32,000 nucleotides of DNA from Candidatus Geothermarchaeum rappei (GCA_002011085.2 MTMB02000001.1:785007-817006); one strand, 5' to 3'. Shown: positions 1 to 9,477, numbered from the stretch's first letter. Numbers and translations are program-made. Notes: generated from the letters alone by a model not told the origin.

Positions 1-768
1 ACCTTTGGCTTCCACGAGCTTATGGATCAAATAGGCGCTGTCTTAGGGCCGGCTGTATTAGGGGCTATACTTCTATGGACAAGCGGAGACTATAAACTTG
101 CCTTCACAGTACTTGCTATTCCATATCTAGGGCTACTATTTGCTGTTATCTATACTTATGGGAGGATCAGGCCATTTCTAGAGTCAGCTATAAGAGGGTC
201 TAAGCATATAGGATTGAGAGAGATCACTAGGATCCTTCCTATGGAGTCCAAGATGTATATTTTGGCGGTGACCCTAAATACAATTGGTCTTATACATTGG
301 TCACTCATACTACATCAAGCAAGTCTAATAGAAGCTGCGTGGGTAGTCACATTCCTATATGTAGGAATCCAGCTGATAGATGCGGTTACTGCACCCGTGT
401 CTGGATACTTATATGATAAGATGGGTAGGAAGATTCTAATAGTCCCCTTCCTACTCTCAATCATTCCAACAGCATTGACGATGATATCTGGATGGAGTAA
501 CCTGATAGTTGCTGGCGTATTTTTTGGTGTTGTATATGGTATGCAGGAGTCTATCTATAGGGCTGCCATTGCAGATTTGGTTCCTCTTGAGGCGAGGGGA
601 TCTGCATATGGATTATTCAACGGCTTCTATGGCCTAGGGCTTTTAATAAGTGGCAGTGTCTTCGGATACATGCTGACTTCGGGGAACATCGTGTCAGCAA
701 TAGTGTATAGCGTGGCATTACAGGGCATAGCTAGTATAGTCCTACTCAAATCAGTCAAATTATTTTAA
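1..768 (+). CDS. MFS-type transporter, C-terminal half (5' end lies upstream of the window)
   Basis: Frame 1 is open from base 1 (TFGFHEL precedes the Met at 22), so the ORF is cut by the window edge. It has about six hydrophobic TM-length segments. The loop motif YDKMGRKILIV resembles the MFS D-x-x-G-R-[RK] cytoplasmic loop signature. Confidence 0.75.
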   Translation, partial: TFGFHELMDQIGAVLGPAVLGAILLWTSGDYKLAFTVLAIPYLGLLFAVIYTYGRIRPFLESAIRGSKHIGLREITRILPMESKMYILAVTLNTIGLIHWSLILHQASLIEAAWVVTFLYVGIQLIDAVTAPVSGYLYDKMGRKILIVPFLLSIIPTALTMISGWSNLIVAGVFFGVVYGMQESIYRAAIADLVPLEARGSAYGLFNGFYGLGLLISGSVFGYMLTSGNIVSAIVYSVALQGIASIVLLKSVKLF

Positions 769-973
769 AATTCGTAAACCATCGGGAAAGAGATGGGTTT
801 CAGGAGAAGTAACATGAAAAAACCGGGAAGAACAGGTATGGAAACAATGGATGTATATAAATTTTTCCAGCAATTTAGTGTAAGAACATATCCGTATAAA
901 CGCCTACATAAATTCTTTTTATTATTCTTAATGAGAGAAAGATTTATTTTACGAAAAAGGAAAAATATATTGT

Positions 974-1177
974 ATGGTGTATAATATGAAGGACGTAAAG
1001 AAAATTTTTGTAATAGTGTTATTGTTGACGGGGTTGCTATTCACAGTTACCGTGGCTACGGTGAACATTGTTTTACCGATGTTTACCGACATGCCTAAGA
1101 TGGTCTTCGCGACCGATGGTGGTTTAGAGACCACTGGATATGGAGATGAGTTTGAGTTCCCGTGGGTACCAGGATAA
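974..1177 (+). CDS. Small hypothetical membrane or secreted protein (67 aa; alternative ATG at 986)
   Basis: The N-terminus MKDVKK is followed by a hydrophobic stretch, IFVIVLLLTGLLFTVTVATV (signal or TM-like), and an acidic/aromatic tail (GYGDEFEFPWVPG). An AT-rich TATA-like stretch (aaaaatatat, 961-970) sits just upstream. There is no recognisable family, so the call is weak. Confidence 0.35.
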   Translation: MVYNMKDVKKIFVIVLLLTGLLFTVTVATVNIVLPMFTDMPKMVFATDGGLETTGYGDEFEFPWVPG

Positions 1178-1276
1178 GATCCAAAGACGTTGGTTAAAAG
1201 AGTGCACCCGATCAACAATTTTTATCAATGATTTAACTTTTTAATAAAACGTAAGGTTTTTCTATTTACTTAGTAA

Positions 1277-1288
1277 TTTATATATAAG
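1277..1288 (+). promoter_or_regulatory. TATA-box-like element upstream of the tandem Lrp/AsnC gene
   Basis: tttatatataag lies about 30 nt upstream of ATG 1314. This is the spacing expected for an archaeal leaderless or short-leader transcript. Confidence 0.35.
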
Positions 1289-1313
1289 TTCCTACATTAA
1301 ATTGTTTTATAAA

Positions 1314-2456
1314 ATGAGCATCAGGAAATTATTGAATTTGAAATATGATTATATTGACCTTATGATAGTTGAGGCTTTAGCAAAATACAGCCCACGTAAC
1401 ATATTCAAAATAGCTAGAGAACTTAATATGCCAGAGTCTACAGTCAGATACAGGATAAATATCCTTAGGAAGAAGGGATTGCTTAGGCTGTACACCAACG
1501 TCTATCACACGAATATTGGCCTCAAGAAAGCGGTGGTATTCGCCGATATTAACCCAAAGCACTGGAGAAACATATATGATTTCATGGATGCCAATGGATT
1601 CTGGTTGTACATGGTTAAGCTCCATGGGAATAGGGAGACTGTACACACTCTATACACGATACCAGTGGAGCACATCTCTAAACTAAATGACTTTCTAGAT
1701 GAGATGGTCAACCTAGACATCCTCAGAGATTATAAGGTATACCACTCTACATGCTTTCATAGGGTAAACCCTACTACGACTTGGTACGACCTTAAGAACG
1801 AGACATGGGTATTTCCATGGGAAAACATTCTCCGAGAAATTGAGGAGGCAGATACAAAACTTCCAATTACACTCAGGGATCCTGATGAATTTCCCATAAA
1901 AGCTGACGAGACAGACATTATGATACTAAGGTATCTTGAACAGGATGCAACAATATCGTATACACAGCTTGCAGAATACCTAGGCTCAACCCCGCAGAAT
2001 ATTAGATATCACTTTAAACAGCATATAGAAAAGAACTTCCTTATTGAGGACTATGAGATACTCTTTATGAAGTTCCCACCTGAGGAGTCCTTCATCTTAT
2101 ATGCTATACTCGAGTTCCCCAACTATACTTCCCTAGCAAAAGTGGCCAATACTTTTAGAGATAAGCCATTTACAGAGGTGCTAGGAAAAATCTTGGAGCA
2201 GTATAAATTGATCATGGTCAGCTATATACCTATGACAGAGCTTATAAAGTTCATAAATATGTTAAATGACTTGGTGGTAGCAGGTTTCTTAAAGAGCTTT
2301 GAATACTACCTAGCATCGCCTACGGAGCCGAGTAGGAGACAGACAATACCCTATAAGATGTTCAACGGAGGTAGATGGATGTATCCTCACGATGAGATGC
2401 TTAGAACATTACACGATAAACTTAATGGTTTAAATAATTTAAAAGGTAGAAACTAG
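1314..2456 (+). CDS. Transcriptional regulator with two tandem Lrp/AsnC-like modules (wHTH plus effector-like domain, twice)
   Basis: The first HTH is DLMIVEALAKYSPRNIFKIARELNMPESTVRYRINILRKKGLL, followed by an Lrp-like YTNVYHTNIGLKKAVVFADI. The second HTH is DIMILRYLEQDATISYTQLAEYLGSTPQNIRYHFKQHIEKNFL, followed by EDYEILFMKFPPEESFILYAILEF. The ORF track starts at TTG 1302, but ATG 1314 fits the TATA spacing better. Confidence 0.7.
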   Translation: MSIRKLLNLKYDYIDLMIVEALAKYSPRNIFKIARELNMPESTVRYRINILRKKGLLRLYTNVYHTNIGLKKAVVFADINPKHWRNIYDFMDANGFWLYMVKLHGNRETVHTLYTIPVEHISKLNDFLDEMVNLDILRDYKVYHSTCFHRVNPTTTWYDLKNETWVFPWENILREIEEADTKLPITLRDPDEFPIKADETDIMILRYLEQDATISYTQLAEYLGSTPQNIRYHFKQHIEKNFLIEDYEILFMKFPPEESFILYAILEFPNYTSLAKVANTFRDKPFTEVLGKILEQYKLIMVSYIPMTELIKFINMLNDLVVAGFLKSFEYYLASPTEPSRRQTIPYKMFNGGRWMYPHDEMLRTLHDKLNGLNNLKGRN

Positions 2457-2653
2457 GTTTCCGAGTTAATTTTATCTCCTTTCTTCAATTCATCCTCATT
2501 ACTTCCTTTATTCATAATAGATATCGGCATAGAATACAGTGTAATTCCGATGTTATTCTTCCAGAATGTGAGCCCGCGAAGGATTGTATTCATATAGTAT
2601 ATATGCTAAAAATTCAAATTGAGACTCTATGAAAATAATTTTGTTGATGAACC

Positions 2654-3856
2654 ATGAAGATAAGATTCACTGAGGATCTAGATAATATTGAGTATGCGAT
2701 TAGGGGCCTTGTCCCACTGGCCAGGGAGGCGGCTAAGAAGGGTAAGAAAATCATATATCTCAACATCGGAGATCCTTTGAAATATGATTTTAAGACCCCT
2801 AAACATATTATAGAGGCGGCTTACAATGCGAGTATGAGGGATAACAGGAACTACTATGGTGAGTCGCAGGGTATATCAGAGCTTAGAGAGGCCATTTCTG
2901 AGCATGAGAAGAGGATTAATAACGTGGAGATATCTCCAAATGACATTATAGTTACACAGGGTGTATCGGAGGGGATAAGTTTTATATGTAGGATCCTACT
3001 TGATAGAGGTGATGAGGCTCTCGTCCCATCACCTTCATATCCATTGTATATTAATGTTCCAGAACTATATCATGCGAAGCCCGTTGAATATAATGTGGTG
3101 GAGGAAGACGGTTGGATTCCAGATGTTGATGATATTAGAAAAAAGATCAACGATAAAACTAGGTTTATAACCATTATAAACCCCAATAATCCTACCGGAT
3201 CTGTATATAGCGAGAAGGTCATTAGAAATATTATAGATATTGCTGGGGAATATGGAATACCTATAGTTTCGGACGAGATATATAATCAAATCGTTTTTGA
3301 TGGCAGGTTTATTTCACCAGCCTCGATATCTAAAGACGTTCCAGTATTTGTATTAAACGGCTTCTCAAAGGCTTATCTGATGACTGGATGGAGGCTTGGA
3401 TACATCTATATACATGACCCCTCAGGCGAAAATCGTGAGAGAGCGATAAACTTGATTATGAAGATGGCGATGATCAGGTTATCGGCAAACACCCCCGCTC
3501 AATACGGTGCAGTGGCAGCCCTGAGAGGTCCTCAGGATCATATAAAGGAGATAAATAGGAGGTTCAGGGAGAGATCGGAATTAATGTATAAGCGGCTTAG
3601 TGAGATGCCAGGCATCTCAGTCGTGAAGCCTAAAGGAACATTCTACATCTTCCCGAGAATTAGTCGAGAAATATTCTCAGGAGACGACAAAAAATTCGTG
3701 AAGAAGCTCCTTTTAGATACGGGTGTTTTCGTGGTATATGGAAGTGGATTCGGAGAAACAGGTGTGGGCCATTTCAGAGCCGTTACACTGCCTCCAGAGG
3801 ATACGATAGGGGAGGCTATGGATAAAATCGAGGAGTTTATTGAGAAAATATCCTGA
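2654..3856 (+). CDS. Class I/II pyridoxal-phosphate aminotransferase (aspartate/alanine aminotransferase type)
   Basis: 400 aa. Motifs: INPNNPTG, a PLP-lysine motif NGFSKAYLMTGWRLGY, and the N-terminal YLNIGDP typical of archaeal AlaAT/AspAT-like enzymes. Confidence 0.9.
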   Translation: MKIRFTEDLDNIEYAIRGLVPLAREAAKKGKKIIYLNIGDPLKYDFKTPKHIIEAAYNASMRDNRNYYGESQGISELREAISEHEKRINNVEISPNDIIVTQGVSEGISFICRILLDRGDEALVPSPSYPLYINVPELYHAKPVEYNVVEEDGWIPDVDDIRKKINDKTRFITIINPNNPTGSVYSEKVIRNIIDIAGEYGIPIVSDEIYNQIVFDGRFISPASISKDVPVFVLNGFSKAYLMTGWRLGYIYIHDPSGENRERAINLIMKMAMIRLSANTPAQYGAVAALRGPQDHIKEINRRFRERSELMYKRLSEMPGISVVKPKGTFYIFPRISREIFSGDDKKFVKKLLLDTGVFVVYGSGFGETGVGHFRAVTLPPEDTIGEAMDKIEEFIEKIS

Positions 3857-3928
3857 GCACTTTTAGCCCTTTTCCAGAATAAGTAGATAAGTCGAGATTT
3901 TAATCAAATATTTTTGGGGTGACTAAAA

Positions 3929-4477
3929 TTGATTGAGATTGAGAGATACTATATGCTTTTACATCCTCGTCCTGCTTATGTGATTGGTAGTGGGAAATGG
4001 AGTGAAAAGATAAATTTTATGGCCGCTAGCTGGGTATCCCCCATAGCAGAGGAGCCTCCACTTGTGGGCGTTGCTATAGATGTTGAGTCTTATACCCATG
4101 AACTAATAGAGAGATATCAGCAGTATACGATTAATGTAGTTGACAAGAGGCATATCAATAGAATATATGCTGTCGGAAGCGTGTCTGGACGTGAATTTGA
4201 TAAGACAAAGGTGTTTATTCCAGCAAAAGGCAGTTTAATTGATGCGCCGATTGTAAAAGACGCGATAGGAGTGTTGGAATGTGTGGTGGAGAACAATGTT
4301 GAGGCCGAGGATGTTACACTATTCATAGGTAGAGTTGTTAGGGCTGCTGCAGATCCTCACTATTTCAATAAAAGGAAGGGTTGGAACGTTGCTGATAATC
4401 CTATTCCACTGCATAACTGGGGGAGGGGCTTTTATACAGTGGGCATGTTTAAGATTGCTGATAAGAACAAACCATAG
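3929..4477 (+). CDS. Flavin reductase-like FMN-binding domain protein
   Basis: LHPRPAYVIGSG...NFMAASWVSPIAEEPPLVGVAID matches the conserved core of the flavin reductase-like (split-barrel) family. TTG start 3929 is preceded by GGGGTGA (3916-3922) with a 6-nt spacer. An alternative ATG lies at 3953. Confidence 0.8.
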   Translation: MIEIERYYMLLHPRPAYVIGSGKWSEKINFMAASWVSPIAEEPPLVGVAIDVESYTHELIERYQQYTINVVDKRHINRIYAVGSVSGREFDKTKVFIPAKGSLIDAPIVKDAIGVLECVVENNVEAEDVTLFIGRVVRAAADPHYFNKRKGWNVADNPIPLHNWGRGFYTVGMFKIADKNKP

Positions 4478-4564
4478 TATAGATAATATTTTTCAAATGT
4501 TGATAAGTGATATATCCTATATTTAATCCTAAGCATAATAAGACTGTGCCGAAGGTGTAGTAAT

Positions 4565-5749
4565 ATGGCTAGAAAAGTATATATTGTTGATGCGGTTAGA
4601 ACCCCTATTGGAAAATTTGGTAGGACACTTGCGAGGTTTACAGCTGTAGAATTAGGTTCGATGGTTATAAAATCTATTGTAGAGAGGAATAACCTCGACC
4701 CAAGTGATGTGGATATAGTTGTATTTGGGCATGTTATCAGAGCAGGTACAGGCATGGATACCGCTAGACAAGCCAGTATTAAAGCAGGGATTCCTGAGCA
4801 TGTTGACGCCATGACCGTCGACATGGTATGTGCATCTGGAATGGCTGGCATAATTACTGGGGCTAGCCTGATTAAAGCTGGTGACGTAGATATAGCTATC
4901 GTAGGCGGTATGGAGAGTATGAGTAGGTCTCCGTTTATAATACCATGGGAATATCGCTGGGGAGTGAAGCTCCTATATGGTAGAGAAACCCCTATTATAG
5001 ACGCTCTTGTCTATGAGGGATTAACAGATCCCTTTAACGGTATGATAATGGCGCAAGAGGCGGATATGCTGGCTAAGGAACATGGGGTTACACGGGATGA
5101 GTTGGAGGAAGTGGCGTTAGAGAGTCATAAAAGAGCATATAAGGCTACCGTAGACGGTATCTTTAAAAGGGAGATTCAGCCTGTTGAGGTAGATGGACAA
5201 GTTATACTAGATAAGGATGAGGGTATTAGGGGAGACACCTCAATAGATAAAATGGCGAAGTTGCCTCCCATTTTCCCGGGAGGGCTACATACCGCGGCTA
5301 CATCCAGTCAGATAAGTGACGGTGCATCTGCACTTCTATTGGTAAATGAAGACGCCTTATCGAAATATGGCTGGAGGCCTAGGGCAAGTATAAAGGGATA
5401 TTCTTGGGGAGGCTTAGAGACATGGAAATTTCCAGCGGCCCCGATATACGCTGTTAGGAAACTATTACAAAAACATAATCTATCCATAGATGTGATAGAT
5501 GTGTTTGAGAATAATGAGGCGTTTGCAGTATCCACCATAGTATATGAAAGACTACTTGATGTCCCGAGGAAGAAGATCAATGTATTTGGCGGGGCAATTG
5601 CATTGGGGCATCCCCTTGGTGCAAGTGGAGCCAGGATAACGACGACCCTGCTTAATGTTATGGAGTATTTATCCGCTGATTTAGGGGTGGCAAGCATATG
5701 CCATGGCATGGGTGGAGCAACCGCTCTCCTACTTGAGAGGGAGGAATAG
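4565..5749 (+). CDS. Acetyl-CoA C-acetyltransferase (thiolase II type)
   Basis: 394 aa. Active-site Cys motif VDMVCASGMAGI, plus NEAFA, GGAIALGHPLGASGARI and the C-terminal CHGMGGA, all classical thiolase signatures. Confidence 0.92.
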   Translation: MARKVYIVDAVRTPIGKFGRTLARFTAVELGSMVIKSIVERNNLDPSDVDIVVFGHVIRAGTGMDTARQASIKAGIPEHVDAMTVDMVCASGMAGIITGASLIKAGDVDIAIVGGMESMSRSPFIIPWEYRWGVKLLYGRETPIIDALVYEGLTDPFNGMIMAQEADMLAKEHGVTRDELEEVALESHKRAYKATVDGIFKREIQPVEVDGQVILDKDEGIRGDTSIDKMAKLPPIFPGGLHTAATSSQISDGASALLLVNEDALSKYGWRPRASIKGYSWGGLETWKFPAAPIYAVRKLLQKHNLSIDVIDVFENNEAFAVSTIVYERLLDVPRKKINVFGGAIALGHPLGASGARITTTLLNVMEYLSADLGVASICHGMGGATALLLEREE

Positions 5750-5752
5750 TTA

Positions 5753-7348
5753 TTATGCTGATCCTCTTCTCAATACCTTCCCTCCAAGTAGGCCTGTAAG
5801 CTCTCGATTTTCAACTGATATTACTCCGTTTACAATCACATACTCGATTCCATCCGGATATTGCCGGGGATTCTCAAATGTGGCATTGTCCTTGACCTCT
5901 CTGGGATTAAGTATCACTATGTCAGCGTCATATCCTTCCTTGATGAATCCCTTCTCTTTTAAAAGCAGCTTCCTAGCTGGTAATCCACTCATCTTCCTAA
6001 CCGCCTCTTCCATTCCAAAAACCTGTTTCTCTGCTACATATCTCCTAATAATCTTTGGAAAAGTTCCATATGCTCGGGGATGGGGAAGGCCCTTTCCAGT
6101 ATCTAGTCCATCTGTACCAATCATGACCTCAGGATGAGAAATAACCCTATCCACATCTTCCTGATCCATAGAGAAGGTTATCATACTTGCGTTATACCCA
6201 TCTTCTAGAAGTATCTCAAAAACCAAGTCAAATGGGTCTTTACCCTCTATAGCAGATATTTCCTCGATGGATTTACCTAGATATTCCTCGTATCGAGTTG
6301 AATATGTTAACAGAATCTTGTCCCACTCCATTCCGTTTCCTGCATCTATCCAGTTCCTTCTCTTAAGTATCTCATTTTTAATCTTGATACGTAGCTCCTC
6401 ATCCATAAGCACCCTTTTCATATTTTCCTCTCCACCTTCATGAACCCAGTCAGGGAGGAGGGCCGCGAGATAAGTAGATCCAGCCGTGTAAGGATATGCA
6501 TCTGCCGAGACATCGATCCCTTCTTTACGCGCCTCCTCAATCATTTTAAGTGTGACTTTTGTTAACCCACGTGCCCTTTTACCCGATGCTTTGTGATGGG
6601 AAATCTGAACCGATACACCAGCTTTCCTACCGATTTCTATCGCCTCTGAAACGGCTTCAACGACCTTAACACCCTCATTCCTAATATGACTGGAATATAG
6701 GCCGCCGTATTTAGAAACCACTTTAGAGAGCTCTATTAGCTCATCAGTTTTTGAGTATACTCCTGGTGGATATATTAAGCCTGTGGACATCCCAAATGCA
6801 CCGTCCTTCATAGCGTTATCCAAGAGACGCTTCATCTCCTCAAGCTCATCCTGAGTCGGCTCCCTGGCCTCCATACCCATAGCGGCTATCCTGAGAGCTC
6901 CATGGCCCACCAATCCAACTATATTAGTTCCAATAGATCCAAGGGAATCTAGTGCATCGAGATAATCACCGTAGCTTCTCCACGTGAACTCAACTTCAGC
7001 CCCTAGGATACCTAGCTGAGACCTTAGTATACCAAGGGTACGTGGATTAACGGGAGCCGGGCTTATGCCACAGTTCCCGACAACAACAGTGGTAATACCC
7101 TGCCTGAGTTTAGGTAAGTTGTGTTTATCTCTAAAGGGTACTAAGTCGTCATGTGAATGCATATCTATAAATCCTGGAGCAACTACTTTCCCATCTACAT
7201 CGATTAGCTTATCATATGCAGTGGGACATATCTTCCCGATCTTAACTATCTTACCTTGGAATATGCCTACATCGGCAGTGTAGCAAGGCTGTCCTGTTCC
7301 ATCAACTATAAGACCGTTTTTAATTACTATATCATATTCATGGCTCAA
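5753..7348 (-). CDS. N-acyl-D-amino-acid deacylase (D-aminoacylase) family amidohydrolase
   Basis: The N-terminus YDIVIKNGLIVDGTGQP...DVGIFQGKIVKIG...IDVDGKVVAPGFIDMHSHDD is the typical D-aminoacylase/amidohydrolase metal-binding start. Length is 531 aa. Confidence 0.85.
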   Translation of the reverse strand: MSHEYDIVIKNGLIVDGTGQPCYTADVGIFQGKIVKIGKICPTAYDKLIDVDGKVVAPGFIDMHSHDDLVPFRDKHNLPKLRQGITTVVVGNCGISPAPVNPRTLGILRSQLGILGAEVEFTWRSYGDYLDALDSLGSIGTNIVGLVGHGALRIAAMGMEAREPTQDELEEMKRLLDNAMKDGAFGMSTGLIYPPGVYSKTDELIELSKVVSKYGGLYSSHIRNEGVKVVEAVSEAIEIGRKAGVSVQISHHKASGKRARGLTKVTLKMIEEARKEGIDVSADAYPYTAGSTYLAALLPDWVHEGGEENMKRVLMDEELRIKIKNEILKRRNWIDAGNGMEWDKILLTYSTRYEEYLGKSIEEISAIEGKDPFDLVFEILLEDGYNASMITFSMDQEDVDRVISHPEVMIGTDGLDTGKGLPHPRAYGTFPKIIRRYVAEKQVFGMEEAVRKMSGLPARKLLLKEKGFIKEGYDADIVILNPREVKDNATFENPRQYPDGIEYVIVNGVISVENRELTGLLGGKVLRRGSA

Positions 7349-7454
7349 TAGCTATACACCCCATAGATGGCCCCATGTTATATTCGGAAGAATTAAAAAT
7401 AATAAAGAAAGAGGAATTTATTAACACAACACCCCATCTACATTGATAATACTC

Positions 7455-9401
7455 TTATTTGAGATACTTTTCAAACCAACCTATGAGCTCTTCCAGCCTC
7501 TTGATCCGGTGCCTAGGCTTCCCTGTCCTAGATAGGTTATGGTTCTCACCTGGGAACAACACCAGTCTACTATCTACGCCCTTGATCTTTAAAGCCGTGA
7601 AAAGCTGTATAGCTTGATCAAGCCAACATCTATAATCTTCAATACTGTGTATTATTAATGTGGGTGTCTTAGCATTATCAATGTATTTCAATGGGCTATG
7701 CTGCCAATATTTTTCATACCACTTTTCATCCCATGGATACCTATCCAATCCCCCTGCTATCTGATCTGCATTGAAGTAAAAGCCGATGTCAGTAGTCCCA
7801 TATTTACTTATCCAATTGCATATTGATCTCTGAGTTACAGCAGCCTTGAACCTATCGGTATGTCCAATTATCCAATTGGTCATAAAGCCTCCATAACTGC
7901 CTCCTGTAACACCAAGCTTATCCTCATCAATAAAGTTGTACTTACCCAATACATGATCAAGCCCCTCCATCAGGTCCATATACTCCCTTTCTCCATAGTG
8001 GCCTCTTATATCCCTGAATTCCTGCTTATAGCCTGAGCTACCCCTAGGGTTGAAGAAGACTACAGCAAAGTCCTTTGCAGTGAGGCAGTGGAATTCATGG
8101 ATAAAACCTTCTCCGTAGGCTGTGGCAGGGCCGCCATGGATCTCTAATACTGTAGGATATTTTACTCCCTCTTTGAAGTTTAGAGGCTTCATTATCCATC
8201 CATCTATTATCTCTCCGTCACTAGCTGTGAATGTAAAGTGTTCAGGCTTAACAAGCTTTACATCCGCGAGAAGGGAATCGTTGAAGCCTGTTACTTTCTT
8301 CAGCCCATCCATCATTAGATATACTTCTGGAGGTTGAGTTGAGCTCATTATAGTTGCGGCGATACATTTATTGGAGACACTAAAGTTGTCGACCACAAGG
8401 TTTCCCTCAATTACAGGCTCATAATTCCCTTCTATATCAATACGATAGAGATGAACCGTTCCACGTATCGCTACATGGAAATAAATATGGTCACCAACCC
8501 ACGCTAACCCCGGGGATGAGGAGGGGCCTCTGACATCAGAGTTCATAGAGTTCTCAGCTGGATACTCTAGGCCATAAATGTTTTTATAATATTTATCCTT
8601 AACAGATAAGACCCATATCTTTGGTATTGTGGCGATACCGTGCTCTAGTCTATGACCCTTGAGAGCAATGTGACTTCCATCTGGGCTACAACAGAACTCC
8701 CGGATGGAGAAGCCTCCATCTGTAAGCTTCTCATGCTCCCCTGTCTTAGTATCCAATAAGTAAATGTCGGATATATAGGGTTTCAGCATATCTTCGCTAG
8801 CTGAATACGCAATGTGTCTACCGTCCCCACACCAGTTTGCCATAGTGACGTTTATCTCACCATTTGTTAACTGGCTATAGTTTCCACTATATACATCCAC
8901 GATGAATAGATGTTTAAATATATTGTAGGTGTATCCGACTCCATTGAACCAGATCGGTATTCTCTCTATAACTTTTACGTCCTCCTCAGGCTCGCCTACA
9001 TAAGATAGGAACAGGAGCTTTCTCCCATCTGGACTCCAACGGACATTCTCTATACCTCCTTTCAGCTTTAACAGCATCCGTGGTTCATGCTTACCCACTA
9101 GAGAATATACCCATAGTTCCGATCCCCTTTCCTTCTCTTCCATAGTTCTCCTAGAGATAAACGCTATTTTCTTACCGTCGGGAGACCATATTGGAAACTT
9201 ATCGCTTGGACCTTGTGTGATAGGCTCATAGGCCTCCTGTAAATTATCCAGTATCCAGATACTAGACTCATATCTGTCCTTATCCTTATTCATCTTTGTT
9301 ACAGTGAAGACTGTCTTACTCCCGCTGGGGCTCACCTTAGGATCAGACACCAAGACTAATCGGTATAGGTCATGTATAGACATACCTTTTGATTCAGACA
9401 T
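7455..9401 (-). CDS. S9 family serine peptidase, acylaminoacyl-peptidase type (beta-propeller plus alpha/beta hydrolase)
   Basis: The N-terminal half has WSPDG repeats (IWSPDGKKIAF, RWSPDGRKLLF, CSPDGSHIAL). The nucleophile elbow is GVTGGSYGGFM, the acid is near HSIEDYRC and the His is in FPGENHNL. The ORF extends to 9434, but ATG 9401 is preceded by AGGTG with an 8-nt spacer, so I prefer 9401. Confidence 0.88.
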   Translation of the reverse strand: MSESKGMSIHDLYRLVLVSDPKVSPSGSKTVFTVTKMNKDKDRYESSIWILDNLQEAYEPITQGPSDKFPIWSPDGKKIAFISRRTMEEKERGSELWVYSLVGKHEPRMLLKLKGGIENVRWSPDGRKLLFLSYVGEPEEDVKVIERIPIWFNGVGYTYNIFKHLFIVDVYSGNYSQLTNGEINVTMANWCGDGRHIAYSASEDMLKPYISDIYLLDTKTGEHEKLTDGGFSIREFCCSPDGSHIALKGHRLEHGIATIPKIWVLSVKDKYYKNIYGLEYPAENSMNSDVRGPSSSPGLAWVGDHIYFHVAIRGTVHLYRIDIEGNYEPVIEGNLVVDNFSVSNKCIAATIMSSTQPPEVYLMMDGLKKVTGFNDSLLADVKLVKPEHFTFTASDGEIIDGWIMKPLNFKEGVKYPTVLEIHGGPATAYGEGFIHEFHCLTAKDFAVVFFNPRGSSGYKQEFRDIRGHYGEREYMDLMEGLDHVLGKYNFIDEDKLGVTGGSYGGFMTNWIIGHTDRFKAAVTQRSICNWISKYGTTDIGFYFNADQIAGGLDRYPWDEKWYEKYWQHSPLKYIDNAKTPTLIIHSIEDYRCWLDQAIQLFTALKIKGVDSRLVLFPGENHNLSRTGKPRHRIKRLEELIGWFEKYLK

Positions 9402-9477
9402 GAGAATACACCTAAAATAATATCTAATATCCAATAGTCTAAAAAAGGATTTTTTTTACTGGTTAGTGTAGTAACCT

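Noticed and set aside
793-984. 63-aa ORF (MGFRRSNMKKPGRTG...) in the spacer after the MFS gene
   Set aside because: It lies in AT-rich intergenic sequence. Its composition is basic and Phe/Lys-rich, as expected from translating A/T runs. It has no motifs and overlaps the start of the more plausible 974..1177 ORF.
2453-2593. 46-aa minus-strand ORF (MNTILRGLTFWKNNIG...) in the spacer between the regulator and the aminotransferase
   Set aside because: It has no Shine-Dalgarno or TATA context, no TM segment or motif, and its stop codon overlaps the stop codon of the regulator gene. It is probably fortuitous.
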